A stretch of DNA of 64,000 nucleotides, taken from contig OZ251226.1 of the NCBI GenBank assembly GCA_965240325.2, forward strand, positions 3,410,001-3,474,000. The letters run 5' to 3'. The translations under genes were made by a program, and so were the position numbers. This DNA is from Rebecca billardiae RCC1528 (taxonomy: Eukaryota > Protista > Haptophyta). The notes beneath the pieces are model-generated. The model saw nothing but the letters and a program-made list of their open reading frames with translations. It was not told the origin of the DNA and did not search any database. Each line of letters opens with the position of its first letter. Within the stretch, counting starts at the first letter, position 1. Positions 47,539 to 57,553 of this stretch are shown in pieces.

Positions 47539-48727
47539 CCAGGCTGAGTGCGTCCCTTATTCTTCGTTCCGAAAACTGTAATTAAAGAGCCCGCGGCTGT
47601 CATAAATGATTATTGAATGTCCGCTCAGGGAATCCAAAGGAAAGGGCGGGGGAATCAGCAATAATCGTCAAACGTCATGGCCTTCATTCCGTTTGGCCAT
47701 TTTTTACGGCCATGAACATGAATGTGCATGACGTGCGCTCAACTTTGTATTGGATGTGTCCCTTCGTTTTGGGGGAAATTTGAAACGCGTTTTGTCATCA
47801 ATTACTGTTGTGTGACTACTCTATAATAGTCCAAAAGAACAAAAGGAATGTTCATTTCGCCCGAAATTATGTTGCACTATTTTACGGGTATTTTAGTCAA
47901 TGTTCAACTGAATCGAATTGACGAATGTGAGTAGTGAATAATGTGAATCAGACACCTGCACTTCGTGTGTGCAGTTTTCATCAGGTCACGAAAGCGCCAA
48001 ACGTCGCCACCACGGCACCTCGCGCCTTCTGGTATATTACGAATGCACATATCTCAATTACTAATGTGGGCGCCAAACATACCGTTACATATGATTGACG
48101 AACTCGCGGTCTCTGCGCGTCTCCGCCTGAATCACACCCAGACTACCGGGTTAGTCAATGTATCGCGTGTCGTAGATCAACGCAATCATGGGCCGAATCC
48201 GAGAGCGGTAGGAGTAATTGCAAAAATTGAAGGAGCAGATAGGATCTGCATTGATCTGATATACCGCGGCCATGCGTCCATCAGCAAGAGGTGCTGAAAG
48301 ATACCGCAAGCGATGACCCGCGGCTCATTAGCCGGTCATTAGGAACCGCGGACGATTTATGCGCGATATTCCGCGTACTCGCAATTCCGTCGTTTGTGTG
48401 GTACGTGGGAGGGCTCCGGCGCGGCTTGGGTTGGGCGGCGACGGTCGGCGTCTCTGTGAAGCGGTAGTTTTTCTCGCGGGAGGGTCAGCAAATATTCTCG
48501 CCATTGACGTCGCAGAACATTTTGAGGGCATCGCCGATCGCCTCGCCGAGCATCGATGAGTACGAAATCACGACGAGCAACGACCGATCTGTGTGCGAGA
48601 TGAGTCGCCGCGACGATGATTGAGGTCCAATTCGCAATTTGCCTCTGCACGCAAAGATCCATCCCGCTCCGAGCCAACCCGTCGGTCGTCGTCGCCTCCA
48701 CCCCAGCGCTCTCGTCCTCGTCGAGAA

Positions 48728-50383
48728 ATGGCATCCCGCGGACACGTCGGCGCGTACTCGTCCCCACGCCCTGTGTCGAAGCTTCGCACCAGCGAGCTCG
48801 AGGCCGCCGCCGCGCTCATGCTCTCCGCCAAGCGCCCGCCGCCGCCGCGGACGCAGCTCGAGGTGCCGCACGCCGCCGAGCCCGACCCGCTGCCTGCGAC
48901 GTGCGCGGTGGCCGAGGACGGCGTTGACACGGTGGTCGAGATGGACGGCGACACCTACCGCATCGACACGTCCCCCCTGGGCCTCCTCGGCCAGGGCGGC
49001 CAGGGAGCCGTGCGCGCCGCCGAGCGCGCGTCGGACGGTCGCACGTTTGCGGTCAAGCAGGCGATGCGCCGCACCTCGGGCGCGCGGGAGCTGCTGCGCG
49101 AGGCGGCGGCGCTGCGCCGGCTCGACCACCCGAACGTGATCAAGATCGAGTCGTTCACCGCCGACGCCCCCAGCCGCGCCCACCCCGTCTGCATCGCGCT
49201 CGAGCTGTGCGAGGGCGGCGAGCTGTTTGACGAGGTGCTCGCGGTCGCGGAGGCGCGCGAGAGCGGCGCACCCAGCGGCGAGGAGGAGGAGGAGGGCGGC
49301 AGCGCGAACGCCGGCGGGCTGTCGTTCGGCCGCGTCCGGCGGTACATGCGCCAGCTCGTATCCGCCGTCGCGCACTGCCACGCGCGCGGCGTGTGCCACC
49401 GCGACATCAAGGCCGAGAACATTCTCCTCACCACGGACGGCAGCCCAGCCGGCAGCGCGGCCGGCAGCGCGGGCGCGCAGCTCCGGCTGATCGACTTCGG
49501 CCTCGCCTCGATCGGGCCCGACGGGGCGACGGAGCCGGCGGACGAGGAGGCGCTCGCGCACACGCGGTGCGGCTCGCTCATGTACGCCGCGCCCGAGCTC
49601 CTCGCCTCGCACGCCGCGCTGCGCCCCGCCGCCGCCGCCGCGCCGCCGCCGGGCGCTTGGCGCGCGTACGACGCGCGCAAGGTGGACGTGTGGTCGCTGG
49701 GTGTGGTGCTGTACGCGATGCTCACGGCCACGCTGCCCTTCAAGTGCGCGCACGCGGAGATGTGCTCGCGGTACGCCAGCTTCCTCGCGGGCAAGAGCGG
49801 CCGCCTCTTCGCCGGCATCCCCGCCGACGCCCTCTCGCTGCTGCGCGCGATGCTGCAGCCCGAGCCGCAGCGGCGCGCGCACGCGGCGCAGCTGCTCGCG
49901 CACCCGTGGCTGTGCGGAGCCGACGACGCGCACGCGCCCGCGCCCGCGCTGCTGCCGACGGCGGCGGCGGCGGCCGCCGCGGCGATGGCGTCGATCGAGC
50001 GCAGGCCCACGTGCGACAGCGACTCCTCCGCGTGGGCGCCCGCCATGCCGCCGGCGGAGGCGGGCATGCGCACACCCTCGGGCACGGGCTGCGCGCACTC
50101 GCCGCTGCGGCGCGCTGCGGGCGACGTGCTGCTGGCGACGCTCGCGGCCAAGCGGCGGCGCGAGGCGGAGTGCTGCTCGGCGTGCGCGCTCGATCCGACG
50201 CGGTGCGCCTGCGCGAAGCGTGAGGGCTCGTGGGCCGGCTTCGCGTCGGACCCGGACCTCAACCACGCGAAGCGCGCATGCCTCGCGGGCGGCAAGGCGG
50301 CGCCTGCCGCCGCCAGCGCAGCGGGCCGCGCCTCAGACGGCGGCCGTGCCCGTGGCGACGCGTCGCGGCCGGCGCGCGCCTGA
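48728..50383 (+). CDS. Ser/Thr protein kinase (CAMK/SNF1-like)
   Basis: LGQGGQGAV, FAVK, LDHPNVI, LELCEGGELFD, HRDIKAEN, DFG, CGSLMYAAPE, DVWSLGVVLY, HPW. Confidence 0.92.
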   Translation: MASRGHVGAYSSPRPVSKLRTSELEAAAALMLSAKRPPPPRTQLEVPHAAEPDPLPATCAVAEDGVDTVVEMDGDTYRIDTSPLGLLGQGGQGAVRAAERASDGRTFAVKQAMRRTSGARELLREAAALRRLDHPNVIKIESFTADAPSRAHPVCIALELCEGGELFDEVLAVAEARESGAPSGEEEEEGGSANAGGLSFGRVRRYMRQLVSAVAHCHARGVCHRDIKAENILLTTDGSPAGSAAGSAGAQLRLIDFGLASIGPDGATEPADEEALAHTRCGSLMYAAPELLASHAALRPAAAAAPPPGAWRAYDARKVDVWSLGVVLYAMLTATLPFKCAHAEMCSRYASFLAGKSGRLFAGIPADALSLLRAMLQPEPQRRAHAAQLLAHPWLCGADDAHAPAPALLPTAAAAAAAAMASIERRPTCDSDSSAWAPAMPPAEAGMRTPSGTGCAHSPLRRAAGDVLLATLAAKRRREAECCSACALDPTRCACAKREGSWAGFASDPDLNHAKRACLAGGKAAPAAASAAGRASDGGRARGDASRPARA

Positions 50384-50923
50384 GGCGCGTGTAGGCTCTA
50401 GTCTTATACGAACGTAGTGTACTGTCATGTGCGTATCGAGTGATGGTCGACGTAGTTACAAGCCCGTCCTGCAATGCCTACCGCCGCTTCTGATAGACTC
50501 ACAGTGTATACTGCCTAGCTATGATGATGACGGTCCCACGGACCGACACGACAGTCCCTGGGACCCGCATCAAAGGCATCGGACTAATTCTATGATTTAA
50601 AGACACAGGCACGAGGGCGCAGCTCTCCTGATTCGTCTGTAGTGGTACTGGTCGAAGCTTGCAGCAGTGGCAGTGGTGTGAGCGCGTTGATGTTGGTCCC
50701 CATGGCGGATGTCGTTGTTGTCGTCGTCCGGACGTCGTCAGGCCCACCAGGAAGTGCATGGGTACGAAATCAAAGGCGAGTGAGCATGTTGGCGTCGGCC
50801 AGGCCGTCCCCTACTTGGTCAGCAGCTGGTGCGGATGATGTCGTCGCCTACTTGGTCAGTGGCAGGTCATGGTGGACGATGGTGTAGCCTGTTCTTGGTC
50901 AGCAGCTGGTGGGTGATGTTGTG

Positions 50924-51385
50924 GCCGAAGTTAATAGTAGTTGGACTCGCCTGAGTTAGTAGTAGTTGGACTCGCCGAAGTTGGTAGTAGTTGGACTCGC
51001 CGAAGTTAGTAGTAGTTGGACTCGCCTGAGTTAGTAGTAGTTGGACTCGCCGAAGTTAGTAGTAGTTGGACTCGCCGAAGTTAGTAGTAGTTGGACTCGC
51101 CGAAGTTAGTAGTCGTAGTTGGACTCGCCGAAGTTAGTAGTAGTTGGACTCGCCGAAGTTAGTAGTAGTTGGACTCGCCGAAGTTAGTAGTAGTTGGACT
51201 CGCCGAAGTTAGTAGTAGTAGTTGGACTCACCGAGGTTAGTAGTAGTTGGACTCGCCGAAGTTAGTAGTAGTTGGACTCGCCGAAGTTAGTAGTAGTTGG
51301 ACTCGCCGAAGTTATTAGTAGTAGTTGGACTCGCCGAAGTTTGTAGTAGTTGGACTCGCCGAAGTTAGTAGTAGTTGGACTCGCC
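50924..51385. repeat. Tandem minisatellite, 18 copies of the ~25-bp unit GCCGAAGTTAGTAGTAGTTGGACTC
   Basis: Counted directly; head-to-tail with no spacers; occasional extra trinucleotide. Confidence 0.95.
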
Positions 51386-51566
51386 GTCGGGGACTGGTTC
51401 CGGTACTTGTGGGGGATGGTCGTGTCTCTGCTGGGCCTGGTGGTTCTGGTTGAGCTCGTCCTCCTCCTCCCCCCCCCCCCCCCCCCCCCCGGCGCTTGGG
51501 CAGTTCCCCCACCCTCCCCAGCAGGGGCCTCTGGCCAGCCTGAGTTCTGCCTGCGGGCCCGTGGCC

Positions 51567-54500
51567 TCAGTGGGCCTGACCTGGCAGTGCCCTTGGGACT
51601 GTGGTCCTGTAATGGCCTCTCCAGTGAGAGATGACCCTGGTCTGTCCGAGTGCGCCCGCTGCCAGCCTGGTGGCCACTTGGGGCCAGGGTAGCACCTCAA
51701 TGTGCAGCGGGTCGTGCCGGTTGTACTGGGGGGAGCCTGGGCTGTGGAAGACCTGGACCATACGAAGAGGGGCGCCGGTGTGAGGGTCTCTGGTGACCAG
51801 GACGACTGTGGTGTTCGCCCCTGCTGCCACACAGGGGAGGAGTGCATCTGCCAACGGGGTGCCAGCCTCTCGAACCGTGCCCAGGGTGGCAGCCGCTGCT
51901 GCTGCCCTCTGTGCGCTCCCATCGGGCTCGAGGTGGGCCGGCTGGAGGGCCACTGCGGCCGCCAGGACCCCCTGGTGCTGCGCACTCAGGGACAGGGCGT
52001 GCTGTACGGTGGCTTGCCTCAGTGCCTGGGCGCTCCTGGTTGCCCCTGCTGGGTCTTCGCGGGCCCCTGCGCGGGTGACGCCCAGTACCGCAAGGAACCC
52101 GCAGTTGGCACCAGTGCCATCGACGTCAGCATCCTGCAGTTCAGCTGCTGCATAGTAGGCATTGAGGGCCTGTTGGCCAGGTTCCTGCTGGGCCAGTGGG
52201 CCAGGGGGTGGAGGGGCCCTGCTGCCGGCCGGGGGCTGGCGCCCCCCTGCTGGGCCCTCCTGGCTGCTTGATGGGGGTCGGGGGCCCTGTGTTCGGTCAG
52301 GGGAGGGTGTGAGTCTTGGGCCGCTGGCGGACGATCCCTGGGTCTGCCCATCTCTGGGGCTCGCTCCCCCTGTGAGGCGGCCGCGGCGGAGAGCGGTGAG
52401 GAAGTGCGCGAGGTCGTACCGGCGCTGGCGGCCCTCCGTCCCAGCTGTAGCTAGCTCGAGGCGCTTGTGGTGGATGTGGGTGGTGACGCTGACGATGGTA
52501 GAGTGTAAGCTTCCCACCTTGTAGCTGCCGTCCCGCCCGGCTGGCTGGCCATCCTGCTCGTCTGACTGGTCTGCATCGGCAGAGGCGCTGTTACTGTCTC
52601 CCCCGTCCCGCGCGGTCCGCCAGGGGTACTGTTTTGCGCTCTCCTGGGCGGCTGCCACTACTGCCTTGGGGATCTGGCCCGCATAGTAGTGCCGGTGGGC
52701 TGTAGCCTGCTCTGCCAGGTCTTGCCTGTCTTGCATCGGCATCCTGCCGCCAGTGCGCTTGTCAAGCATCCGGATGATGCTATGCTGTGCCATGCTCCTG
52801 GCGTCGGCGTGGGGGCAGTCACAGAAGACGTGCGTGGCAGAGTCCGGCCCAGGGGCGTCCGATCCTGCCTCGAGGCAGAACAGACAGTCGGTGCCCAGCG
52901 TGCAGTCCGGCCATTGCTGGCTATATGGGACTGCATCCAATCCTGGGTTGGCCCCTGCAGCATCTTGATTATACTCCAGCGCCCCGACGCAGCACCTGAG
53001 GACGAACTTGGTGAGGCGCTCTGGCTTGGTGAACTGGTTCCGCAGCGAGAGGGTGGATTCCTGGGTGTGTAGGGAGTCGTCCCCCATCTTGATGGCGTAC
53101 TTGGCGCTCCTGCGCTGCCTCTCTGCCGCCTGTTCGGGGGACTCGTCGTTGCCAGGGGTGGGATCCAGGCGCGCCTCCAGGGCTGCTCTGCGGGCGCGCT
53201 CTATTACCAGCCTCCTGACGGGGAGGGGCCCTGACTGCAGGAGAGCCCCTGCAGTGTCCACCAGCCCATATGCTGCAGGGAGCCAGACGTTCTTTCCTAG
53301 CATGTGTGATGGGTCCATGCCATCTACAGCCACTCGCTTGGCTGCCCAGTCCGCACACAGGTTGCATACAGTGCGGTCCACGTCTTCGGAGGAAGGTTCG
53401 GTGCCCACGAAGGCCCTGGTGGCTCTGCGCAGCGATGCCAGCTGGGGAGGGGGCACTGTGTAGGTGCCGCCCGACGCGTCCGGTTCCGGCTGGAGAATTT
53501 CGCGCACCATATCGTCCAGTGATGGTCCACCCCTTCCGCGTGAGTGGCCGCTCATTTGGGGGTAGTACATCCAGGTGGTGCCGCGAGAGCACTCGTCAAT
53601 CACATGCAGGAGCCTGGACATGTGCGGGTTGTGGGCCTGATTCTTGCTCATTCTGGGCTCCCAGCCTGGGGGGCGGGTGGTATTTGGCTGGGCTGCCTGG
53701 CCCCCTGCTGCGGAGTCCAACGCTGGCCTGGCCCAGAGGAGGTGCTTGAGTGCATCGTCGCAGTCCCAGCTGACATGAATGGTGCTACCTGGTAGGCCAG
53801 CCAGGAGTTTGGTGAGGAGTGTGGCAGATGCCACCTCCGAGTTGGCTGCAGTCTGCTGCCCGTGGTATGTGGCACTTGCCAGGCGCACGCACTCCTGGTC
53901 TCGCAGCCGGCCTGCGCCACGGGCATGTACAATGTAGGCGGCCCCAGCGGCCCCTGTGGCTGTGTCTGGCTTGTACGACCCATCTACCCCCGCTGTGACG
54001 GTGGCTGCTGCCTGGGTCACGTCTGCTGGTGCAGTGGGCACATCTGCCTCATAGGCGGCCGTTCTGGCTTCCTGCAGATGGGCGGTGTACAGGAAATTTG
54101 CGGGGCTCGTGGCCAGTTTTACCGCAGTGCGGACAATGAGGCCTGCCATTGCTTCCGCAGCTCCTGCGTGGTGCTGCACAGCCGTCCACACCATGCTGCT
54201 GCCAGTGTGTGTGAGATGGCTGAGAGCTGGGGTGCCCTGTGCGTTGAGCAGGCGTTCCATGGACGTGCCATTATCGCTCAGGATGCTGCGCTCCATCAGG
54301 CTAGGCTGGCCGTCTCCCCCTGCACTTGCAGCCTGCAGCAGGGTGCCCATGGGGGTGTCGCCCAGGGCTGCGTAGTCCCGCGCGTCCCAGTCCGCTAACA
54401 GCTCCACGAGTCTCTCCTGATCAGAGGCCCTGCTAGGGATGAGGGGGGACCTGCAGGCCTCTCGCAGGGTCAGGTTGGCCAGTGTTGCGGAGCAGGCCAG

Positions 54501-55799
54501 CAGCCATGGCTCTGTGCCCCTGGGCGCGAGCGACAGGGCCTCCATTCCGCCTCTCACTGCAGGGGGCGCCAGTGTTCCGTTGGCCGGTTGTTGTCGGTGT
54601 GCCTCCAGGCAGGTCCTGGTGAGCAGGCCCACTTGTGTGGGGCTGTTGGCAGTCCGAAGGAGGGCAGCCGCTTGCACCCCGGCCTGCAGGGCGCTCGGCT
54701 CCTCCGGGCCTATCCCCATGCTGGGGGCTGGCCCACTGCCTGCTATGCGGGCCGCGGAGGGCGGGAGACCAGCTCTGCCCCACACGATGTCCATCACGAT
54801 GGCGCGCATTTTGTCTGTGATGCCGTAGCGGCGCACATCGCTCGCAGCCAGGTAGTAGCCTGCCACAGAGACCACATCATGCTGGAGGAGAGTGCCTGTG
54901 GTCACAGTGTGGCAGGCCGGGTCCCTGGCCGCTACTGCCACTTTCCAGGAGGCCGCGCGCAGCTTTGTCTCCAGTTTTGCGGCGTGCCTTGACCAATCGA
55001 GGTGGAGGGTGAGGACGTATCCGAGGTACTCAAAGTGGGTGTCTGGTCCGATGGAGGGGACAGTGGCCTGCGCACCGGCTATCTCAACGCGGAGGGGGGG
55101 CAGAGGAGGCGCGCCGTGCGCCCCTCTGCCCCTTCCTTTCTTTGCGTGCACACACTTCGAGGGGTTGAGTGCCATGCCGTGAGCGCTGAGGAATAGTCCC
55201 AGTGCGCGCACTTGGGCGGCGCTGTCCGTCTCTGACTCTGCAAGGAAAGCTATGTCGTCCATGTACCCCAAGATGCGCACCTTCAGGGAGTCTCCTGCGC
55301 CAGCGTCATGCCTGGCGGCTGGAAACGAGTATCCATGGTCAGGGTGGCTGGCTGAGTAGGATGCAATGAACATGTTCATGAAGAGACAGAATTTTATGGG
55401 ACTTAGCGGGCAGCCTTGCTTGCACCCACGCAGTATCGGCACTTTGTCAGTGTGGCCATAGGGGGTCCTGGTGGTGGCCACAGAGTGAGCGTCCAGTCGG
55501 TCAAGTTCATCAATTAGTTGGGCGGAGAAGCCGTGCAGGAGAAGGGCCTTCCTCAGCGACTCATGGGGCACTCTGTCAAAGGCCTTGCTTATATCACATG
55601 TAGTGACGTGGATCTCGGCAGAACTGGCCTTGGCATGGGTCATGGCTGCCACCAGTGCCGCCACTTGGAGCTCCGGCTGCCCGTGCTTGCTCGCTGCTGC
55701 TTGTTCCGGCGAGATCAGACCCAGCTGGTCACAGATCGACTGGATGCATCTCGCCCTGTGTGCTGCCGCCAGTTTGTACACAGTGCTTTGGAGTGCCAC
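51567..55799 (-). CDS. LINE ORF2-type polyprotein: partial RT, RNase H-like, CCHC knuckle, C-terminal OTU-like protease
   Basis: RT: DISKAFDRVPH, RGCKQGCPLSP, YMDD (~55254-55265), KCV, FEYLG. RNase H: GVDGS..NSE..SWDC..SGHS..NLCADWAAK (~53330-54000). CCHC: CLFC..HVFCDC (~52810-52890). OTU-like: DGTGANCGFLAV..GHY (~51590-52140). No endonuclease is present (truncated). Confidence 0.9.
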   Translation of the reverse strand: MALQSTVYKLAAAHRARCIQSICDQLGLISPEQAAASKHGQPELQVAALVAAMTHAKASSAEIHVTTCDISKAFDRVPHESLRKALLLHGFSAQLIDELDRLDAHSVATTRTPYGHTDKVPILRGCKQGCPLSPIKFCLFMNMFIASYSASHPDHGYSFPAARHDAGAGDSLKVRILGYMDDIAFLAESETDSAAQVRALGLFLSAHGMALNPSKCVHAKKGRGRGAHGAPPLPPLRVEIAGAQATVPSIGPDTHFEYLGYVLTLHLDWSRHAAKLETKLRAASWKVAVAARDPACHTVTTGTLLQHDVVSVAGYYLAASDVRRYGITDKMRAIVMDIVWGRAGLPPSAARIAGSGPAPSMGIGPEEPSALQAGVQAAALLRTANSPTQVGLLTRTCLEAHRQQPANGTLAPPAVRGGMEALSLAPRGTEPWLLACSATLANLTLREACRSPLIPSRASDQERLVELLADWDARDYAALGDTPMGTLLQAASAGGDGQPSLMERSILSDNGTSMERLLNAQGTPALSHLTHTGSSMVWTAVQHHAGAAEAMAGLIVRTAVKLATSPANFLYTAHLQEARTAAYEADVPTAPADVTQAAATVTAGVDGSYKPDTATGAAGAAYIVHARGAGRLRDQECVRLASATYHGQQTAANSEVASATLLTKLLAGLPGSTIHVSWDCDDALKHLLWARPALDSAAGGQAAQPNTTRPPGWEPRMSKNQAHNPHMSRLLHVIDECSRGTTWMYYPQMSGHSRGRGGPSLDDMVREILQPEPDASGGTYTVPPPQLASLRRATRAFVGTEPSSEDVDRTVCNLCADWAAKRVAVDGMDPSHMLGKNVWLPAAYGLVDTAGALLQSGPLPVRRLVIERARRAALEARLDPTPGNDESPEQAAERQRRSAKYAIKMGDDSLHTQESTLSLRNQFTKPERLTKFVLRCCVGALEYNQDAAGANPGLDAVPYSQQWPDCTLGTDCLFCLEAGSDAPGPDSATHVFCDCPHADARSMAQHSIIRMLDKRTGGRMPMQDRQDLAEQATAHRHYYAGQIPKAVVAAAQESAKQYPWRTARDGGDSNSASADADQSDEQDGQPAGRDGSYKVGSLHSTIVSVTTHIHHKRLELATAGTEGRQRRYDLAHFLTALRRGRLTGGASPRDGQTQGSSASGPRLTPSPDRTQGPRPPSSSQEGPAGGRQPPAGSRAPPPPGPLAQQEPGQQALNAYYAAAELQDADVDGTGANCGFLAVLGVTRAGAREDPAGATRSAQALRQATVQHALSLSAQHQGVLAAAVALQPAHLEPDGSAQRAAAAAATLGTVREAGTPLADALLPCVAAGANTTVVLVTRDPHTGAPLRMVQVFHSPGSPQYNRHDPLHIEVLPWPQVATRLAAGALGQTRVISHWRGHYRTTVPRALPGQAH

Positions 55800-56011
55800 T
55801 CCCCTACCTCAGTGATCGGACCCACCTGCACAGCCTGATCGTCAAAAGTGAAAAGTCCAGCAGTCCTGCTGGTTCCCGGGAGTCCGGCCCTTTCAGAACT
55901 TGGCTGGCGAGTGGCGAGCGGTCAGCGTTCGGGTTGCCCGGAGACCACCGGTCGTGCGGCTTGGCGCGCGGTGGGGGGCGAGCCGAGGGCGCGCCCCCCC
56001 GAGCCCGGTGG

Positions 56012-56983
56012 ATGGGCATTCTCGACGAGATCGCCGCCGAGCTCGCCGCTCTGGAGGCGCTCGACGACGAGAGTGGCGCGCAGGACGCGGGCGAGCAGCT
56101 GCACGAGCTGACGGCCGCGCACGCGCAGGCGGCGCGCCGCGCGAGCCACCGAGGGCATGCGTCCGCGCCGGCGAAGCGCGGCGGGCACGACGGGCACCTC
56201 GAGAGCCTCACCGCCTCGCTCGAGGCCGCGCACGCGCGCGAGCTGCAGCGCGAGCGCGCGGACCACGCGCGCGCGCTCGACGAGCTGCGCGCGGCACTGC
56301 GCTCCGAGCAGCAGGAGGCGATCGTGCGGATGGCGCGCAGCCTGGAGGAGGACTTCCAAGAGGCCGTGCGCGCGCACCGCGAGGCGGAGCGCGCCGCGCT
56401 CGCCGAGAGCCGCCAGCTCGCCGCGCAGAACGCGGCGCTGCGCGCAGAGCTGCAGCGGCTGCGGCCGCGCGCCGACGCGGCGGCCGCGCACGAGGCCGCG
56501 GCCGCGGCCGTGCTGCGCGCGGACGACGCGCATCTGCGCGGCTGGGCGCACGCGGCGGTGGGGCTGGACGAGCTCAGCCGCGCGCTCGCGGGGCTCCCGC
56601 ACGCGCTGGCCGGCGTCGACGCGCGCGAGCGCGCGCTGCGCGCGCAGCTGCGCGCGCACGAGGCGCGCGAGGAGGTGGGCGCGCGCGCGCTGCGCGCCGA
56701 GCTGAGCGGCTGCGAGGCCGCGGCCGAGCGCCAGCGGGCGGCGCTGCGCGCGGCGCGGGCGCACGCGCGCGCGGAGGCCGCGCGCGCCGCGGACGCGCTC
56801 GCCGCCGCGCACGCGCACATGGACGCCCAGCGCGCGTCGCACGAGGGCGCGGTGCAGCAGCTCGAGGCGCGCGTGCGCGCGCTGCTGGGCGGCCGGGACG
56901 CGCGCATCGCGCAGCTCGAGGCGGAGCTGGACGCGCTCGCCAGCACGTCGGCCGCGCTGCTGCGCGCCGACGGGGAAGGCTGA
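56012..56983 (+). CDS. Coiled-coil protein of unknown function
   Basis: ATG at 56012; heptad-rich Ala/Glu/Arg/Leu sequence with host codon usage. Confidence 0.7.
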   Translation: MGILDEIAAELAALEALDDESGAQDAGEQLHELTAAHAQAARRASHRGHASAPAKRGGHDGHLESLTASLEAAHARELQRERADHARALDELRAALRSEQQEAIVRMARSLEEDFQEAVRAHREAERAALAESRQLAAQNAALRAELQRLRPRADAAAAHEAAAAAVLRADDAHLRGWAHAAVGLDELSRALAGLPHALAGVDARERALRAQLRAHEAREEVGARALRAELSGCEAAAERQRAALRAARAHARAEAARAADALAAAHAHMDAQRASHEGAVQQLEARVRALLGGRDARIAQLEAELDALASTSAALLRADGEG

Positions 56984-57553
56984 GCGGGTGCGACAGGCAC
57001 GGCTGCCCCTGGCGCTCGCGGCATGGCCACGGGCCCGTGTGCCGCTACTTATATCTAGTGAGTAGTGAGACTCACGGAAACTGCCCACGGCCGAGTCCGA
57101 TGTCGCCCATGTCCTGATCATGTCGTCGTCGTTATGTCACTTGTCAGTGATGGGCGTTGGCGGGCGTTACAATATTATATATATATATACTACGTATATA
57201 CGTGATATAGATATAATAACGACCCGCGCGTGCTGTGCGTGACGACTACTATTTAATAAGCAGACTCGTCAGCAACCGTCAGCAACGCTGCCCGCGGGCG
57301 GCCGGGCCGCGGCCGCCACGATCATCAGTGTCATCAGTGCGCTGTCGTCCGCGTGCCGTCCGCTGTGACACGCGGCGCCACTGTCCGTAGTGGCGCGATG
57401 CTGGTACCGTCTAGCCTAGCTTCGGCTCGCCGGCTCGGCACCCGCGGGGTCGTCGTCCACGTCCCCATATGGGAGTGCGCGCCGCCGCCCGTCGCCCACT
57501 CACCCGAACGCCGTGGCCGAACGCGCGTGGCCGCTGCGCCTTGCGAGCACGGA

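Larger units (their letters stand above)
50555..55810 (-). mobile_element. 5'-truncated non-LTR retrotransposon (LINE) with long 3' UTR; boundaries approximate
   Basis: RT polyprotein ORF; composition shift relative to the CpG-rich host; distal end shared with short dispersed copies at 46.8 and 47.4 kb. Confidence 0.85.

Noticed and set aside
50924-51385. CRISPR-like array
   Set aside because: Units are head-to-tail with no unique spacers, there are no cas genes, and the context is eukaryotic; it is a minisatellite
50578-55821. ATCGGAC as the LINE target-site duplication (50578-50584 / 55815-55821)
   Set aside because: Only 7 bp, and similarity to the 47.4-kb copy suggests the element extends further left; not accepted without other copies
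56012-56983. CEP131-like identity for the coiled-coil protein
   Set aside because: Only a vague C-terminal resemblance within generic coiled coil
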